Source of the DNA: Octopus vulgaris
Lineage: Eukaryota
Length of the DNA: 64,000 nt
Direction: 5' to 3'
Assembly (NCBI GenBank): GCA_951406725.2
Contig: OX597835.1
Span: forward strand, 42,594,001 to 42,658,000
Shown here: positions 12,489 through 26,664 of the stretch, in pieces
How the letters are laid out: the number at the start of each line of letters is the position of its first letter
How positions within the stretch are numbered: the stretch's first letter is position 1
The notes under the pieces: generated by a model
What the model was told of the DNA's origin: nothing
Seen by the model: the letters and a program-made list of their open reading frames with translations, nothing else
Database searches by the model: none
Made by a program: the position numbers and the translations under genes

Positions 12489-15400
12489 CACACACACACA
12501 CATGTTGCTATTAATCAAAATATATAAACTAAACTCTAACCATTCCTCATTTCCGTTTCTCAGTTCTCTTTCTCCTTCTTCTTCTTCTTTTTCACACATC
12601 AATAACTTAGAAACCCCACACCATTCACTCTACCGTTGCATGCTTTTTTTTTTGGTCTTATCCACTCACGACACACACTTCAGAACGCACAGCATGTTTC
12701 AGTACATATCTTCACCTATTAAGGATCCTTAACCGCTAACAACACCCTGCATTACTGTCTAATCCACGGGACTATGAAGAGTGCTTCCTCTTGGTGATTT
12801 TGCCCTGCTAGAAAATGCAGCTAAAGTTACCCTTAAAAGAAACCCTACTGTCTTAAAAATGGAAGGATACATTGTATAAGTCTTATTTACACAATGTTTA
12901 AAAATAAAATTGGGTGATCATAGCTGGAAGCCCATGGCTCATAGGTTTGCTTCATCAGAGCCCATATGGTCCCTAAACAACAATTACAGCCACAATATTT
13001 ACAAACCAACGAATAGTGCTTCTATGTGGTCGCTTGTCTAACTAGAAATAGCAACCAAATATCCCTTTAAGTCACACCTCATTGTCGTCAAATAAGACAG
13101 GGTGGTCATTACTGGATCACCCTTGATTACAGGGTTGTTTTAACAGAGTTAAACAACAAGAGCAACTGTAATGACCCTCTAACCAACGCAACTATAAAAC
13201 ATTCCAAAATCAGCCATTTTATTAATTGCACATTTTGCTTCTTATGAAGTTACAACTCTGAATGGTCCCTCTAGTTTCTTATGAAGTTACTACACCATAA
13301 AGAAGTTATAACTGGCCCCTCTGAACTAGATATAGTCCCTCTGTGTCACAACTGTATATAAACCCCTATAGCTCAGGTCACAATTATATATAGTTCTCCT
13401 GATCCCTCTCACTTAGCTACATATATGCCTGTCTCATGTGGCCGTTATATATAGTCCCTTTAGCCTCTCTGAAGTCACAACAATATATATATGTCTTTAC
13501 TACCCACAAGAGGCTAAACACAGAGGGGACAAACAAGGACAGACAAACGGATTAAGTCGATTACATCGATCCCCAGTGCATAACTGGTACTTAATTTATC
13601 GACCCTGAAAGAATGAAAGGCAAAGTCGACCTTGGCGGAATTTGAACCCAGAACGTAACGGCAGACGAAATACGGCTACGCATTTCGCCCGGCGTGCTAA
13701 CGTTTCTGCCAGCTCACCACCCTAACACAATATATATGTAATCCCTCTGACCCCTTTCATGTGACAACTATACATAGTCCCTTAAGTCCCTTTGAAGTCA
13801 CAACTATATATATAATCCCTGTAGCCCCTCTCAATTCACAACTATATTAGTCCCCAAACATTTCTCCAAGGTACCTCAGCCACAAACCAGTCAAACGTAA
13901 GGTTATGGCCATGGCTCTGTGATTATAAAGTTTGCCTTGTAGCAAACCAGATTTTAGTTGAATCTCACTGTGCAGAACATTAGTGAAATATGTTCCACCA
14001 CAATTCCAGATCAACCTCAATATATGGAATCTGGTAGACAGAAACTGTGTTGAAGTCCATCAGAAACGGCATTTGTCTTTTGGGTAGCACATCTAATCTG
14101 TTGTGAAATTTGACCCCATCTTGTGTCCTTTAGCTGAGCTTACTACATTCTAATCATATGGGCCAGGTCCCTGATATCCACTCGTGGTGTCTGGCTCTGG
14201 TAAATTCATCCCTTCCTCCTTACCAGTCTTTGAACTCTTGAGAAAGATCTTACTCTGATTAAGACATAAGAAAAACATTAAAAAATATTTTTTAAATGTG
14301 ATTAAAAAAAAGACCCACTTTATTTATCTCCCTTGCAATCACTCTCTAATATTTCTAGACATACAAAAGCAAAAACAAATAATACTGAATTCATGCTTCA
14401 AAAAAATTGATGTTTATTTTTGGTTACTTCACTGCATGTTACACTGCACTGCTCTTTAGAAAACACTGCATGACAAAATATGCAGACTAGACCGGACTGA
14501 ACTAGTCTAAATAAAAGTAGACTTGACTTAACTAAACTAGACTGAATCAGACTCGACGTGGTTACACTGGGCTAAATTAGTCCAAGTGGAGTAAAATATA
14601 CAACACTTGACTAAACTAGATTATACTGGATGAAAAGAACTAGACTAGACCTGACTAAGCTTGATGAGACTAGATTTAACTATATTAGACCAGACTAGAC
14701 AAAACTGACTGTGTTTATACTGGACTAAACTAGACAAAACCAGCCTGAAACACAATATAGCAATTCTGTTAGTTTTGGCCATCAAATCAGTTTTTTAGCC
14801 TCTGAAATTATTTTTTTGAGAAGAGAAAAATGTTGTTGTTCAATGGCTGATATTGTACCAAGTCATACATGAAGTAGAGGTTTTCTGTATTCAGCTATTA
14901 ATAAATGGAATAAAGTTCCATATGATTCTCTTGGGACTATCTTAGCAGTTGGAAATAACAAGGTTTAAAAAGGTCAAATGCACAAATGAAAACATCTCTT
15001 GTAGTTCTTCAAATTGCAGTAAACCATTGGTTAATCTTCGAGATCAAATATCCAATAAGGCCATTGTTCATAATAATGGCATGGACTACAAAATAAACAA
15101 ATAAATTAATTGATTAATTAATTAATTAAATAATTTCACTTAAATAGATGATTTGGGTTTTCATTTGTTTTTTAAAGATTTGACAAAAAATGTCACACCA
15201 TTTTTATTTCGTAAAATGGTCAGCACTCTCAGATGCTTCTTTGCAAAGATGGTTTGCTGGTGGGAATTATTCTTCTTAGCTGAAGAAGATATCCACCTGA
15301 TGACCAATATCCAGTGTGTGGATAATTAACAGGTTTCACACACACAGGGTCTGCGATCAGAACCAATGCTTGTCCAGATCCAGTTGGTTGACCAAGTATA

Positions 15401-17229
15401 TGATTGGCATCAGGTCTGAACATTCAAAGATAGCCTGACATGCATTCTTCTCAACATTTAGGGTGGATGTAAGGCTGCAAGCTGGCAGAATCATTGGCAC
15501 CCTGGGGAAAATGCTTAGCAGCCTTTTGTTGGTCTTTACATTCTGAGTTCAAAATTCTGTTGGTGGTGACTTTGCTTTTCATCCTTTTGGGATTCATCAT
15601 CATCATCATCATCGTTTAGCGTCCGCTTTCCATGCTAGCATGGGTTGGACGGTTCAACTGGGGTCTGGGAAGCCAGAAGGCTGCATCAGGCTCCAATCTT
15701 GATCTGGCAGTGTTTCTACAGCTGGATGCCCTTCCTAACGCCAACCACTCCGTGAGTGTAGTGGGTGCTTTTTACGTGCCACCGGCACAGGTGCAAGACG
15801 AGGCTGGCAAACGGCCATGATCGGATGGTGCTTTTTACGTGCCACCGGCACGGGGGCCAGGCGAGGCTGGCAATGGCCATGATTGGATGGTGCTTTTTAC
15901 ATGCCACCAGCACGAGGCCAGTCGGGGCGGTGCTGGTGAAATAAATACCAGTTGAGCACTGGGGTCATTGTGATTAACTTGTACCCCCCTAACTGCCACC
16001 GAATTTGCTGGCCTTGTGTCAAAATTTGAAACTAATATTTAGGGGAGAGTTAAAGTGGTGAGCTGGCAGAGCTGTTAGCATGGTGGGCAAAATGCTTAGC
16101 AGCATTTCGTCTGTCTGGATGCTCTGAGTTCAAATTCTGCCAAGGTTAACTTTACCTTTCATCCTTTCAGGATCGATAAAATAAGTACCAGTTGAGCGCT
16201 GGGGTCAATCTATTTGATTTACTCCTCCTCTGAAATTGCTGGCCTTTTGCCAAAATTTGTAACCAACATTTAGAGTAGACAGTAGTAAGCCTCCTAGTCA
16301 GTTTTGTCTCCAGTTCTTCAACTCAGGACTAATTATTAGGATTCCATGGTGTATAACTGACCAAGATCACAAGATTTCTTCTAAATGAGATGTCGTCTGT
16401 TGCAGAGGGTTACCTATTCAAAGCTGAGTAGACAGGGGCAATGTGAAATGAAGTGTTTTGCTCAAGAACACAACACCACTGCCTAGTCTGGGAATTGAAA
16501 CCACGGTCTTGTGATCATAAGTGCAATGCCTTAACCACTAAGTTACATGTCTTCACATCGGAAAGACAGAGACTAAGAAATAACAAAATAGATGACAAAA
16601 ATGTTCTTCTCAGAAATGTGATGAAATTGCCATTGAGAAATTTGAACCCATGACCTAAGGCTTTAAACCATCAGTAGTTTTTTTTTTATTTTTCTGCCCA
16701 GCGACTGTTTATAAGGTTACTACTATATGAAATTTTACAAAACATTTAAATGAAATCTTCTACAACAAGCAATGGCTGTTCAATATTTACTTAATTGCCT
16801 CAGGAGAGATCAAGTGGAAAACATACTCATACAACTAAACACACTTTCACTCACAAACATGAATAACTTAACACACCTGTGGATAAAACACCTGCAATCA
16901 TATATATAAATACAGTACACACGCATACAGATTAATACATACATGCACTCACACATTCAGATAAAACACGTATATAAATACATACACACATACAGATTAA
17001 TACACATAATCATATATATAAATACATACACATGCACACAATCATATATATATATATATATATATAATATTAATTAGAGACAAAACCACTATATATATAT
17101 ATATAGGGGATGTACTTGCATAGCAAGTGATTTGATCTGAGATCGTGTGCTGAGACGAAAACAATTGCAGCGTGGAAGGTGTTTGTAAGCCATTTAAGAA
17201 ACACAAAAAGCTGTTCGATTCACTTCAAC

Positions 17230-17393
17230 GTTTAAGTTTAATTTGTCAAAATTTTTTTTAAGACTGCGACCTGTTCACGCACGGACAATTTGGAGGTGTT
17301 TGTAGCCAAGACCGCGACCTGTTCACGGATTTTTTTGTCAGTGAACAGGTCGCGGTCTTAAAGCGACGAAAATATTTTGACAAATTAAACTTA
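17230..17393. mobile_element. Penelope-like foldback remnant with a variant hammerhead at 17334-17384
   Basis: Inverted arms aagtttaatttgtcaaaat / attttgacaaattaaactt and gcgacctgttcac / gtgaacaggtcgc. Confidence 0.55.
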
Positions 17394-17976
17394 TATATAT
17401 ATATACATGCACATATACAGATTAATACACACAATCATATATATAAATGCATACACATGTATATAGATTAATACACATGCACATACACACACATTCGGAT
17501 AAAACACATGCATACAAATATATATAAATACACAGACACATATACAAATATATACACATACATATAAATTAAACACTCTCACATGCATTTAAATGCATAC
17601 ACACTCACACATGTATATAGGTAATTACATATACACATGAAGTTATATACCAGTGGTACCTACAGTGTTTCCGCTTCGGATCCTTCTCCTTTCCTGTGCC
17701 TGTCCAATATCAACCAAAACCAACACACACACACACACACGCATTCATAGACATAAGGACATATCTGTGAAGTTGTCTATTGTGTGGTACCTTCACCGTT
17801 CCCAACATCTTGGATCCTACTCCTCCGCTATGTCTGTTCGACACGTAAAACCCAGACTGCATGTTTTGTCTGCATTGCATCTTGTTATTTCATCTAACAC
17901 CAGTTTTTGTTCTTTTTCCATCTGGCTGACACATTACTTGTCCTTTGGAACTGCAATTATTGTTGATTTTGCCAAG

Positions 17977-18102
17977 GTGCAGCCGGACTTAGAGGAGCTG
18001 CAAATGAATATGGAAGAGAATGAAGATGCTGAAAGTACAAAATCTGAAGTAAAATTAGGGAAACTCCAATATTCAATGGACTACGATTTTCAGAAAGGCG
18101 AG
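17977..18102 (+). CDS. Syt1: Synaptotagmin-1 exon: linker and start of C2A (alternative start at 17983 removes VQ)
   Basis: gccaag|GTGCAG|CCG tandem acceptors and GAG|gtaagc donor; 126 nt, phase 0/0. VQPDLEELQMNMEENEDAESTKSEVKLGKLQYSMDYDFQKGE. Confidence 0.95.
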
Positions 18103-18794
18103 GTAAGCACAAACGATTTAATTTTACCAAAATATCTCATATTTCAGAAGTGTTTTCCGGTTTTTTTTTCCAACAGACAATAGGTGTAGGAGTAGCTGTG
18201 TGGTAAGTATTCTAATAACATGAGCTAATCCATAGAATAGAAATCTATGGAAACTCACATGCCTGACAACTGGTGTTGGTTTGTTTACGTCCCTGTTACT
18301 TAGCGGTTCAGCAAAAAAAGACACTGACAGAATAAGCACCAAGCTTTAAAAAGAAACAAACTGTGGGGGTCGATTCGTTCGACTAAAAATTTTTCATGGT
18401 GGTACTCCAGCATGGCCGCAATCAGATGGCTGAAACAGATTAAAAGATAAAAAGGAAAAAAAAATGGATTTATAGGCGCAGGAGTGGCTGTGTGGTAAGT
18501 AGCTTGCTTACCAGCCACATGGTTCCCGGTTCAGTCCCACTTTGTGGCACCTTGGCCAAGTGTCCTCTACTATAGCCTCGGGCCGACCAAAGCATTGTGA
18601 GTGGATTTGGTAGATGGAAACTGAAAGAAGCCCGTCATATATATGTATGTGTGTGTGTATGTGTTTGTGTGTCTGTGTTCGTCCCCCCCCCCAACATCAC
18701 TTGACAAACGATGCTGGTGTGTTTACGTCCCCATAACTTAGCAGTTCGGCAAAAGAGCCCGATAGAATAAGTACTAGGCTTACAAAGAGTAAGT

Positions 18795-21700
18795 CCTTGG
18801 GTCGATTTGCTTGACTAAAGGTGGTGCTCCAGCATGGCCGCAGTCAAATGACTGAAACAAGAGACAAAAGACATGAGCAGATCAAAAATGATGTGGTCAG
18901 ATAATATTCCTAGCCTTTGTTGGTCACACTTTTGAATCTCGATCCAAAATGTGATGATGGCTGCTTCTGTTAGGACCCTAGGGATGAGGTGCTAGAGGAA
19001 CCCATCCCTACAACCCTCCCAGGAGTAGTGAGCAGAGAAAATGGATAGATGGATGGATGGATGGCTTTCCTTTTGTTAGAGATAGTCTTTGTTTTGTGGT
19101 ATAGTCTTCCAGTTTAAGGTTGCAAGCTAGCAGAATTGTTGGCTCGCCAGGCATTTCATCTGTCTACAGGTTCTGAGTTCAAATTCTGCTGAAGTTGACC
19201 TTGCCTTTCATCTTTTGAGGTCAATAAAATAAGTACCAGTTGCATACTAGGGTTGATGTAATCAACTTACCCAGCTCCACCAAAATTGCTGGCCTTGTGC
19301 CAAAATTTGATATCAATATATTCTTCCAGTTTATCAAAATCTTTGTACCGGAGAGATGGTCTTGTAATAGATTCCAGTTCCCAAAATATTTTAAATTTGA
19401 GAGATGGTTTTCTAACTGACGTGAGGTCTAGGGATCGACCAAAGATGAAATGGTTGGATAATGTCCCCAGTTTCAGTGAGCCCCACTTGGGAACCCAGCT
19501 GGAAAGCCTAATGCTGCTTACTTCTGGTAGAACCCTATGGAGAAGGTACTGAAGGAATCAATCCTTCCCTCCTCAACACACGACCCTCTCAGAAATAGTG
19601 AGTGGGGAAAATCGATGAATGGATGGTTTTCCTTTTACGAGAGATTCCACAGTTACCAAAATATTTTATATTTGGGAGATGGTCTTATATTTGTGACAGA
19701 TTCCAGTTTTGTCCTAAGGGAGTAAAACATCATCATTGTCATTTTAACATCTACTTTTCCATGCTTGTATGGGTCAGACAGAATCCATTGTGTTAGATTA
19801 TCAAGGGCTGGATGCTCTTCCTGTCACCAACCCTCACCTGGTTCCAGACATGCAACTTACATGACCAGCATCAGTTTCCTGGTTTCCCCCACCAAATTCT
19901 TGTTTTACTTTGTGGTGGGGTTTTTAGCCCACTAATATAATATAATGTTTGGTCGGATGAGTTGTTAGGGCAATAGACAATGTGCCAAACGAAATACCAA
20001 ATGTGAATGTTCTGAGTTCAAACCTTGCTGAAGTCAACTCCACATTCACCCTTTTGGGGTTTGATAAAATAAAGTAGAAGACAAGTACTGCAATCAGTTT
20101 GAACAATTAATAACCCCTGATCCCGAAGTTGTGCTTATTTTAGAAGGTATTCAAATATACCCCTTGTTAAGGTACCGGAGATCCTGTTAACACTGGATTG
20201 TTTAACTGATCCCCTACCAAGTTGGGTAACCTTAAATAGGCAGTACTTTCTGAAGGGTATCTACAGTTCCCAAAAGTGTTATCTTTTGCAATTTCATAAT
20301 GCTGGGGCAGATTCCAATTGTGTGAAGGTGTTTCTGAAGCCCTTGGGTCGATTTGCTTGACTAAAGGCGGTGCTCCAGCATGGCCACAGTCAAATGACTG
20401 AAACCAGTAAAGAGACAAAAGCCATGAGCAGATCAAAAACGATGTGGTCAGATAATATTCATAGCCTTTGTTGGTCACACTTTTGAGTCTCGATCCAAAA
20501 TGTGATGATGGCTGCTTCTGTTAGGACCCTAGGGATGAGGTGCTAGAGGAACCCATCCCTACAACCCTCCCAGGAGTAGTGAGCAGAGAAAATGGATAGA
20601 TGGATGGATGGATGGCTTTCCTTTTGTTAGAGATAGTCTTTGTTTTGTGGTATAGTCTTCCAGTTTAAGGTTGCAAGCTAGCAGAATTGTTGGCTCGCCA
20701 GGCATTTCATCTGTCTACAGGTTCTGAGTTCAAATTCTGCTGAAGTTGACCTTGCCTTTCATCTTTTGAGGTCAATAAAATAAGTACCAGTTGCATACTA
20801 GGGTTGATGTAATCAACTTACCCAGCTCCACCAAAATTGCTGGCCTTGTGCCAAAATTTGATATCAATATATTCTTCCAGTTTATCAAAATCTTTGTACC
20901 GGAGAGATGGTCTTGTAATAGATTCCAGTTCCCAAAATATTTTAAATTTGAGAGATGGTTTTCTAACTGACGTGAGGTCTAGGGATCGACCAAAGATGAA
21001 ATGGTTGGATAATGTCCCCAGTTTCAGTGAGCCCCACTTGGGAACCCAGCTGGAAAGCCTAATGCTGCTTACTTCTGGTAGAACCCTATGGAGAAGGTAC
21101 TGAAGGAATCAATCCTTCCCTCCTCAACACACGACCCTCTCAGAAATAGTGAGTGGGGAAAATCGATGAATGGATGGTTTTCCTTTTACGAGAGATTCCA
21201 CAGTTACCAAAATATTTTATATTTGGGAGATGGTCTTATATTTGTGACAGATTCCAGTTTTGTCCTAAGGGAGTAAAACATCATCATTGTCATTTTAACA
21301 TCTACTTTTCCATGCTTGTATGGGTCAGACAGAATCCATTGTGTTAGATTATCAAGGGCTGGATGCTCTTCCTGTCACCAACCCTCACCTGGTTCCAGAC
21401 ATGCAACTTACATGACCAGCATCAGTTTCCTGGTTTCCCCCACCAAATTCTTGTTTTACTTTGTGGTGGGGTTTTTAGCCCACTAATATAATATAATGTT
21501 TGGTCGGATGAGTTGTTAGGGCAATAGACAATGTGCCAAACGAAATACCAAATGTGAATGTTCTGAGTTCAAACCTTGCTGAAGTCAACTCCACATTCAC
21601 CCTTTTGGGGTTTGATAAAATAAAGTAGAAGACAAGTACTGCAATCAGTTTGAACAATTAATAACCCCTGATCCCGAAGTTGTGCTTATTTTAGAAGGTA

Positions 21701-22185
21701 TTCAAATATACCCCTTGTTAAGGTACCGGAGATCCTGTTAACACTGGATTGTTTAACTGATCCCCTACCAAGTTGGGTAACCTTAAATAGGCAGTACTTT
21801 CTGAAGGGTATCTACAGTTCCCAAAAGTGTTATCTTTTGCAATTTCATAATGCTGGGGCAGATTCCAATTGTGTGAAGGTGTTTCTGAAGCCCTTGGGTC
21901 GATTTGCTTGACTAAAGGCGGTGCTCCAGCATGGCCACAGTCAAATGACTGAAACCAGTAAAGAGACAAAAGCCATGAGCAGATCAAAAACGATGTGGTC
22001 AGATAATATTCATAGCCTTTGTTGGTCACACTTTTGAGTCTCGATCCAGAATGTGATGATGGCTGCTTCTGTTAGGACCCTAAGGATGAGGTGCTAGAGG
22101 AACCCATCCCTACGACCCTCCCAGGAGTAGTGAGCAGAGAAAATGGATAGATGGATGGATGGCTTTCCTTTTGTCAGAGATTCCA
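18795..22185. repeat. Tandem duplication, 1551-bp period (A-B-A-B-A structure)
   Basis: ORF pairs 19286/20837, 19537/21088, 19924/21475 and 20167/21718 are identical with offset 1551. Confidence 0.97.
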
Positions 22186-22786
22186 GTTACCAAATGCTCC
22201 AACCACAGTTAGTGCCACTCCTGCTTTCACATTCCACATTCTTCCTGTATCTATTATTATTATTGAGTGAGAGAGCAGCACATGCCATCAAAGTGACGCT
22301 GGGGTACAAATAAACGAAGCCCAATATACCCGTCATGGCTACATATCTGATAAGGGCACACCAGGCACATGCATCACAACTGTATGTGAGTGACATGGTG
22401 ATCTCATATCAAGATAAACAGTGCATGACTTTGCGGGTGAGGCCCAGTTAGAATTTTCTTCAGGTCAAATAGCCAATCCCACGCAAAAGATCCCTGAATA
22501 AGGGTTATTTAAGGGTGTTGAATGAAACACCCATGTTTCCAGAAGTGAATTATTCAACCCCGCAAAGAATCCCTCTCAACACATGGCTATGATGCTCCCC
22601 CACTACTTCTGCTCGTGATCAGAGATACACTTATCGTCAACCACGAAGGGACATGGTCAACCGGTTATGGTCAAACAACTGACAAGCAAATCTCTGGTAC
22701 TAAACAGAATATTTGCTGTAGCCCATCTTTTATACCAAGACAAAACATGTCCATGATAACATTTCCAATACCAGTATTTGGTATTG

Positions 22787-22817
<31 letters not shown>

Positions 22818-23059
22818 TTATTTTTAAAGCTGTGTCCTGGCAAAATCGTTAGCATGGCAGGTGAAATGCTTAGCGGTATTTCGTCTGTCTTTACGCTTCG
22901 AGTTCAAATTCTGCCAAGGTTGACTTTTCCTTTCATGGTCGTTAAATTAAGTACCAGTCAAGTACTGGGGTCGATGTTATCGACTTACCACTCCCCCCAA
23001 ATTTCAGGCCTTGTGCCTATAGTAGAAAGAATTATTATTATTATCATTATTATTCAGTA

Positions 23060-23450
23060 GTCTTATTATTATCACATGCTCTCATTGAACTACTAAGCAC
23101 AGCTCTGTGTGCCTTGGGTATGTGCCGTGGTTTGTTTTGGCGCTCTTACTTTTACTGTATTGAAAGTGTTTTATGTAGGATATGCACGGTGCCTAGTAGT
23201 GCTATTTTCTGTATGTTTTATATATATTCGTAAGTTCTGGTGTTTTGGTTAGGTATTTGCCTGTATGTTTTTTAATCAGATATAATAATGCACCATTATT
23301 ATAGGGATTGTTTCAGTTTTAGGCTCCACATTCATGTTACTGCTATTTCTAGCTCTTTGTATTTTGAGGGTTTTCTGTTTCTGTTAGAGATACACTGTCA
23401 TCTGTTGGGATTCATACATCGATTAGAAGACATTTTTTTTGTTGATGGTC
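23060..23450 (-). mobile_element. Decayed R4/Dong-like LINE 3' fragment (related pieces at 24480-24735 and 20170-20340)
   Basis: Broken frames read KYKELEIAV..MWSLK, KIKVTIVPVIVGALG and LQKITLLGTVDTLQKVL; (ATT)n-type tail. Confidence 0.6.
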
Positions 23451-25856
23451 TCTAACTATACCTGGTCTATTATTATTGTTATTATTATTATTCTATGTTT
23501 GACTTTTGCTTTACATTTGTACAAGTTGGCTCCAAGTCTCACCCAGAGACCTCAAGAGACAACAGGTTGGAAGTTCATGTTGGCAGAATCGTTAGCATGC
23601 CGGGCGAAATGTGTAGCCGTATTTCGTCTACCGTTACGTTCTGAGTTCAAATTCCGCCGAGGTTGACTTTGCCTTTCATCCTTTCGGGGTCGATAAATTA
23701 AGTACCAGTTACGCACTGGGGATCGATGTAATCGACTTAATCTGTTTGTCTGTTCTTGTTTGTCCCCTCCGTGTTTAGCCCCTTGTGGGTAGTAAAGAAA
23801 TATGTTATGCCTAGTGTGCCATATATTTGGTTTTGTATTTAGTGTTGTACTAGTGAATGTCTAAAAGAATACCATACGAAAATTATGTTTCTTTTAAAAC
23901 TTGAGATTACATAGAAAGTATTTTGCGTGGGATATTATTATTATTATTATTATTATTATTTAAGGTGGTGAGCCAGCAGAATTAATAGCACGCTGGTTGA
24001 AATGCCTAGTGGTATTTTGTCTGCCACTACATTCTGAATTCAAATTCCACCGAGGTGAACTTTGCCTTTCATACTTTTGGGGCTGATAAAATAAGTACCA
24101 GCGAAACACTGGGGTTGATGTAATTGATTAACCCCTTCCCCCAAATTTCAGGCCTTGTATCTATCGTAGAAAGGATTACCATTATTATTATGTAACATAT
24201 GGTGTAATTATAAACAGGGCAAATTTTAGCCATTTCTCAGCAGACTGAAAAAAATGATGAACAACCTTAATCAAGTTAATCAACTTTCAAACCTAATTGA
24301 GTTCTCATCATAGGCGTCTACATCATTCTGACAGTCTGCAGAAAAAACATGCAGCTAAATTGTTTATATACTCCACAAATGCAGCAGTCACTCTGTGAAG
24401 GAGTCCCTAATTTGCATACCAAAAGTGTTTAACACTCTATAAATACCAGCGGCCTGTCAATGGGGATCTTAGTCTACACAAAAGTTGCTAAGAGCTTATT
24501 CAATTTACAGAGATATTATCTTGAGGTTTGGTGATAACAAGTCTCCTTAAATTTCAAGAATATTTCTTAAGATTCACGTAGAATACAGGATTGCAATTTC
24601 CTACAGTTTGAGAAAATGTGTCTCACTTCCAATATCCTTCAGCCTCTCGGGTAGCAGTCTGGGTATGTGCCAAGTGCACCAACTATCACAGGAACAATTG
24701 TCACCTTTATCTTTCACAATTTCTTCTCCTCTCTGGCTAGGTCCTCCTATTTTTTAATTTCTTTATTATTATTCCAGGGTTGACTTTGCCTTTTAGGGTC
24801 AATAAAGAAAGTACCAGTGATACACTGGGATTGATGTAATTGACTAGCCCCTTCTCCAAAATTTCAGACCTTGTGCCTTTAGTAGAAAGGATTATTATTA
24901 TTATTATTATTATTATCATTATTTCTGACATTGACTTTGACTCTCATCCTTTTGGAGTTGATAAAATAAGTACCAGTTGAGTACCGGGGTCAATTTAATT
25001 GACTTACACCCACTCCTAAAATTGCCGGCCCTGTGCCGAAATTTGAAAAAGGCATCATTATTATTTTTATTATTCCATGATCAACTTTGATTTTCATCAT
25101 TTCGGGGTCAATAAAATAAGTACCAGTTGAATACTGGGGTCGATGTAATTGACTTATCTCCTCCACCCCACTGAAAGTGCTGGCCTTGTGCCAAAATTTG
25201 AAACCATTATTATTGCAGTTGTTGCATAAAATCTTTGTTGCATTTCTTATGTGATTTTTACATATTCTTTGTACCAATTCTCAAATCTTCAAACAACAAA
25301 AAGCAATCCAATAATGCTTCACCCATCGGAAGAACCAGAATGTGGACTCTTCCAGACTATTCCACTGTCACAGAAAGGGAATTGCTCATTAGGCCACCAT
25401 TTCATTTTGATGTCTTTGATCGGGTCAAATCCCAAGCAGCATAAAAGAACCAAAAAACAGAAATGCCAAATGTCATGCCAAAACCATTCCTCACAGCTAA
25501 TGTCATGGTTTTTAGAAGACAGGACATTCCATGTCGCCATGGATACAAGAAAATACCAAATGCTTGGCATTTTGAGATGATGTTAATGAAAGAGTTCTTG
25601 ATAATCAGGAGATGTATGAAGTTAGAGATATTTTCATTAAAGGGGTGTGTGGTAAAAAATTTGCTTCCCAACTGCAGGGTCCCAGGTTCAGTCCTACTGC
25701 ATGGCACCTTGGGCAAATGTCTTCTACTACAGCCTTGGTTTGACCAAAGCCATATGAGTGGATTTGATAGAAGAAGCTGAAAGAAGCCTATTGTATATAC
25801 ATACATTATATATATATATATATATATATATATGGGTGTGTGTGTGTGTGTATACA

Positions 25857-26078
25857 CAGTAATCCCTCGACTATCACAGGTGTTACATTCCAAAACCCCT
25901 GCGATAGGTGAAAATCCACGAAGTAGAAACAGTACTGTACTGTATACTTTTTAAAATTATTTTTATAATTTGTATATATTTATTTTATTATAAATGCAAA
26001 ACAACACCACGGAGAAATCAACATAAGCTTAAATAATGAACTATGATAGGTGAACTACAATATGGAGAGGGATTACTG
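25857..26078. mobile_element. Tc1/mariner (pogo/Tigger-like) MITE
   Basis: TIRs cagtaatccctc / gagggattactg, followed by TA. Confidence 0.7.
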
Positions 26079-26664
26079 TAATATATCATCATCATCATCA
26101 TCATCATTTAGCATCCACTTTCCATGCTAGCATGGGTTGGACGGTTCAACTGGGGTCTGGGAAGCCAGAAGGCTGCATCAGGCCCAGTCTGATCTGGCAG
26201 TGTTTCTACGGCTGGATGCCCTTCCTAACGCCAACCACTCCGTGAGTGTAGTGGGTGCTTTTTACGTCCCACCCGCACAGGTGCCAGACGGAGCTGGCAA
26301 ACGGTCACGGACGGATGGTGCTTTTTACGTGCCACCGGCACGGGGGCCAGGCGAGGCTGGCAACAGCCACAAACGGATGGTGCTTTTATGTGCCACCAGC
26401 ATGAGGCCAGTCGGGGCGGCGCTGGCAACGGACACGAACGGATGGTGGTGCCAGACGAGTCTGGCAAACGGCCACAAATGGATGGTGCTTTTTACGTGCC
26501 ACCGGCATATAAAAATATAAAAGACGCAAAAATAGTTGAGATTCAGTATTCACCACGTGGCAAAATTATGAATTGAAAATATGTGGAAAACATAAAACGT
26601 GGAAGAGAAATGCTTTCGTTTCATTTCTTTTCTACTTTTAATATGTTTTCCACATATTTTCAAC

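Noticed and set aside
14760-15440. Coding-looking non-repetitive stretch on the minus strand
   Set aside because: Stops in the frames examined and no recognisable homology; possibly an old element, but not supportable.
18474-18545. tRNA-like sequence with A/B boxes
   Set aside because: These are SINE heads without a full cloverleaf; not called as tRNA genes.
24400-24450. ccctaatttgcat (octamer) plus TATA-like motif, also seen at 41168
   Set aside because: A short match expected by chance; the 41168 copy is better explained as a branchpoint.
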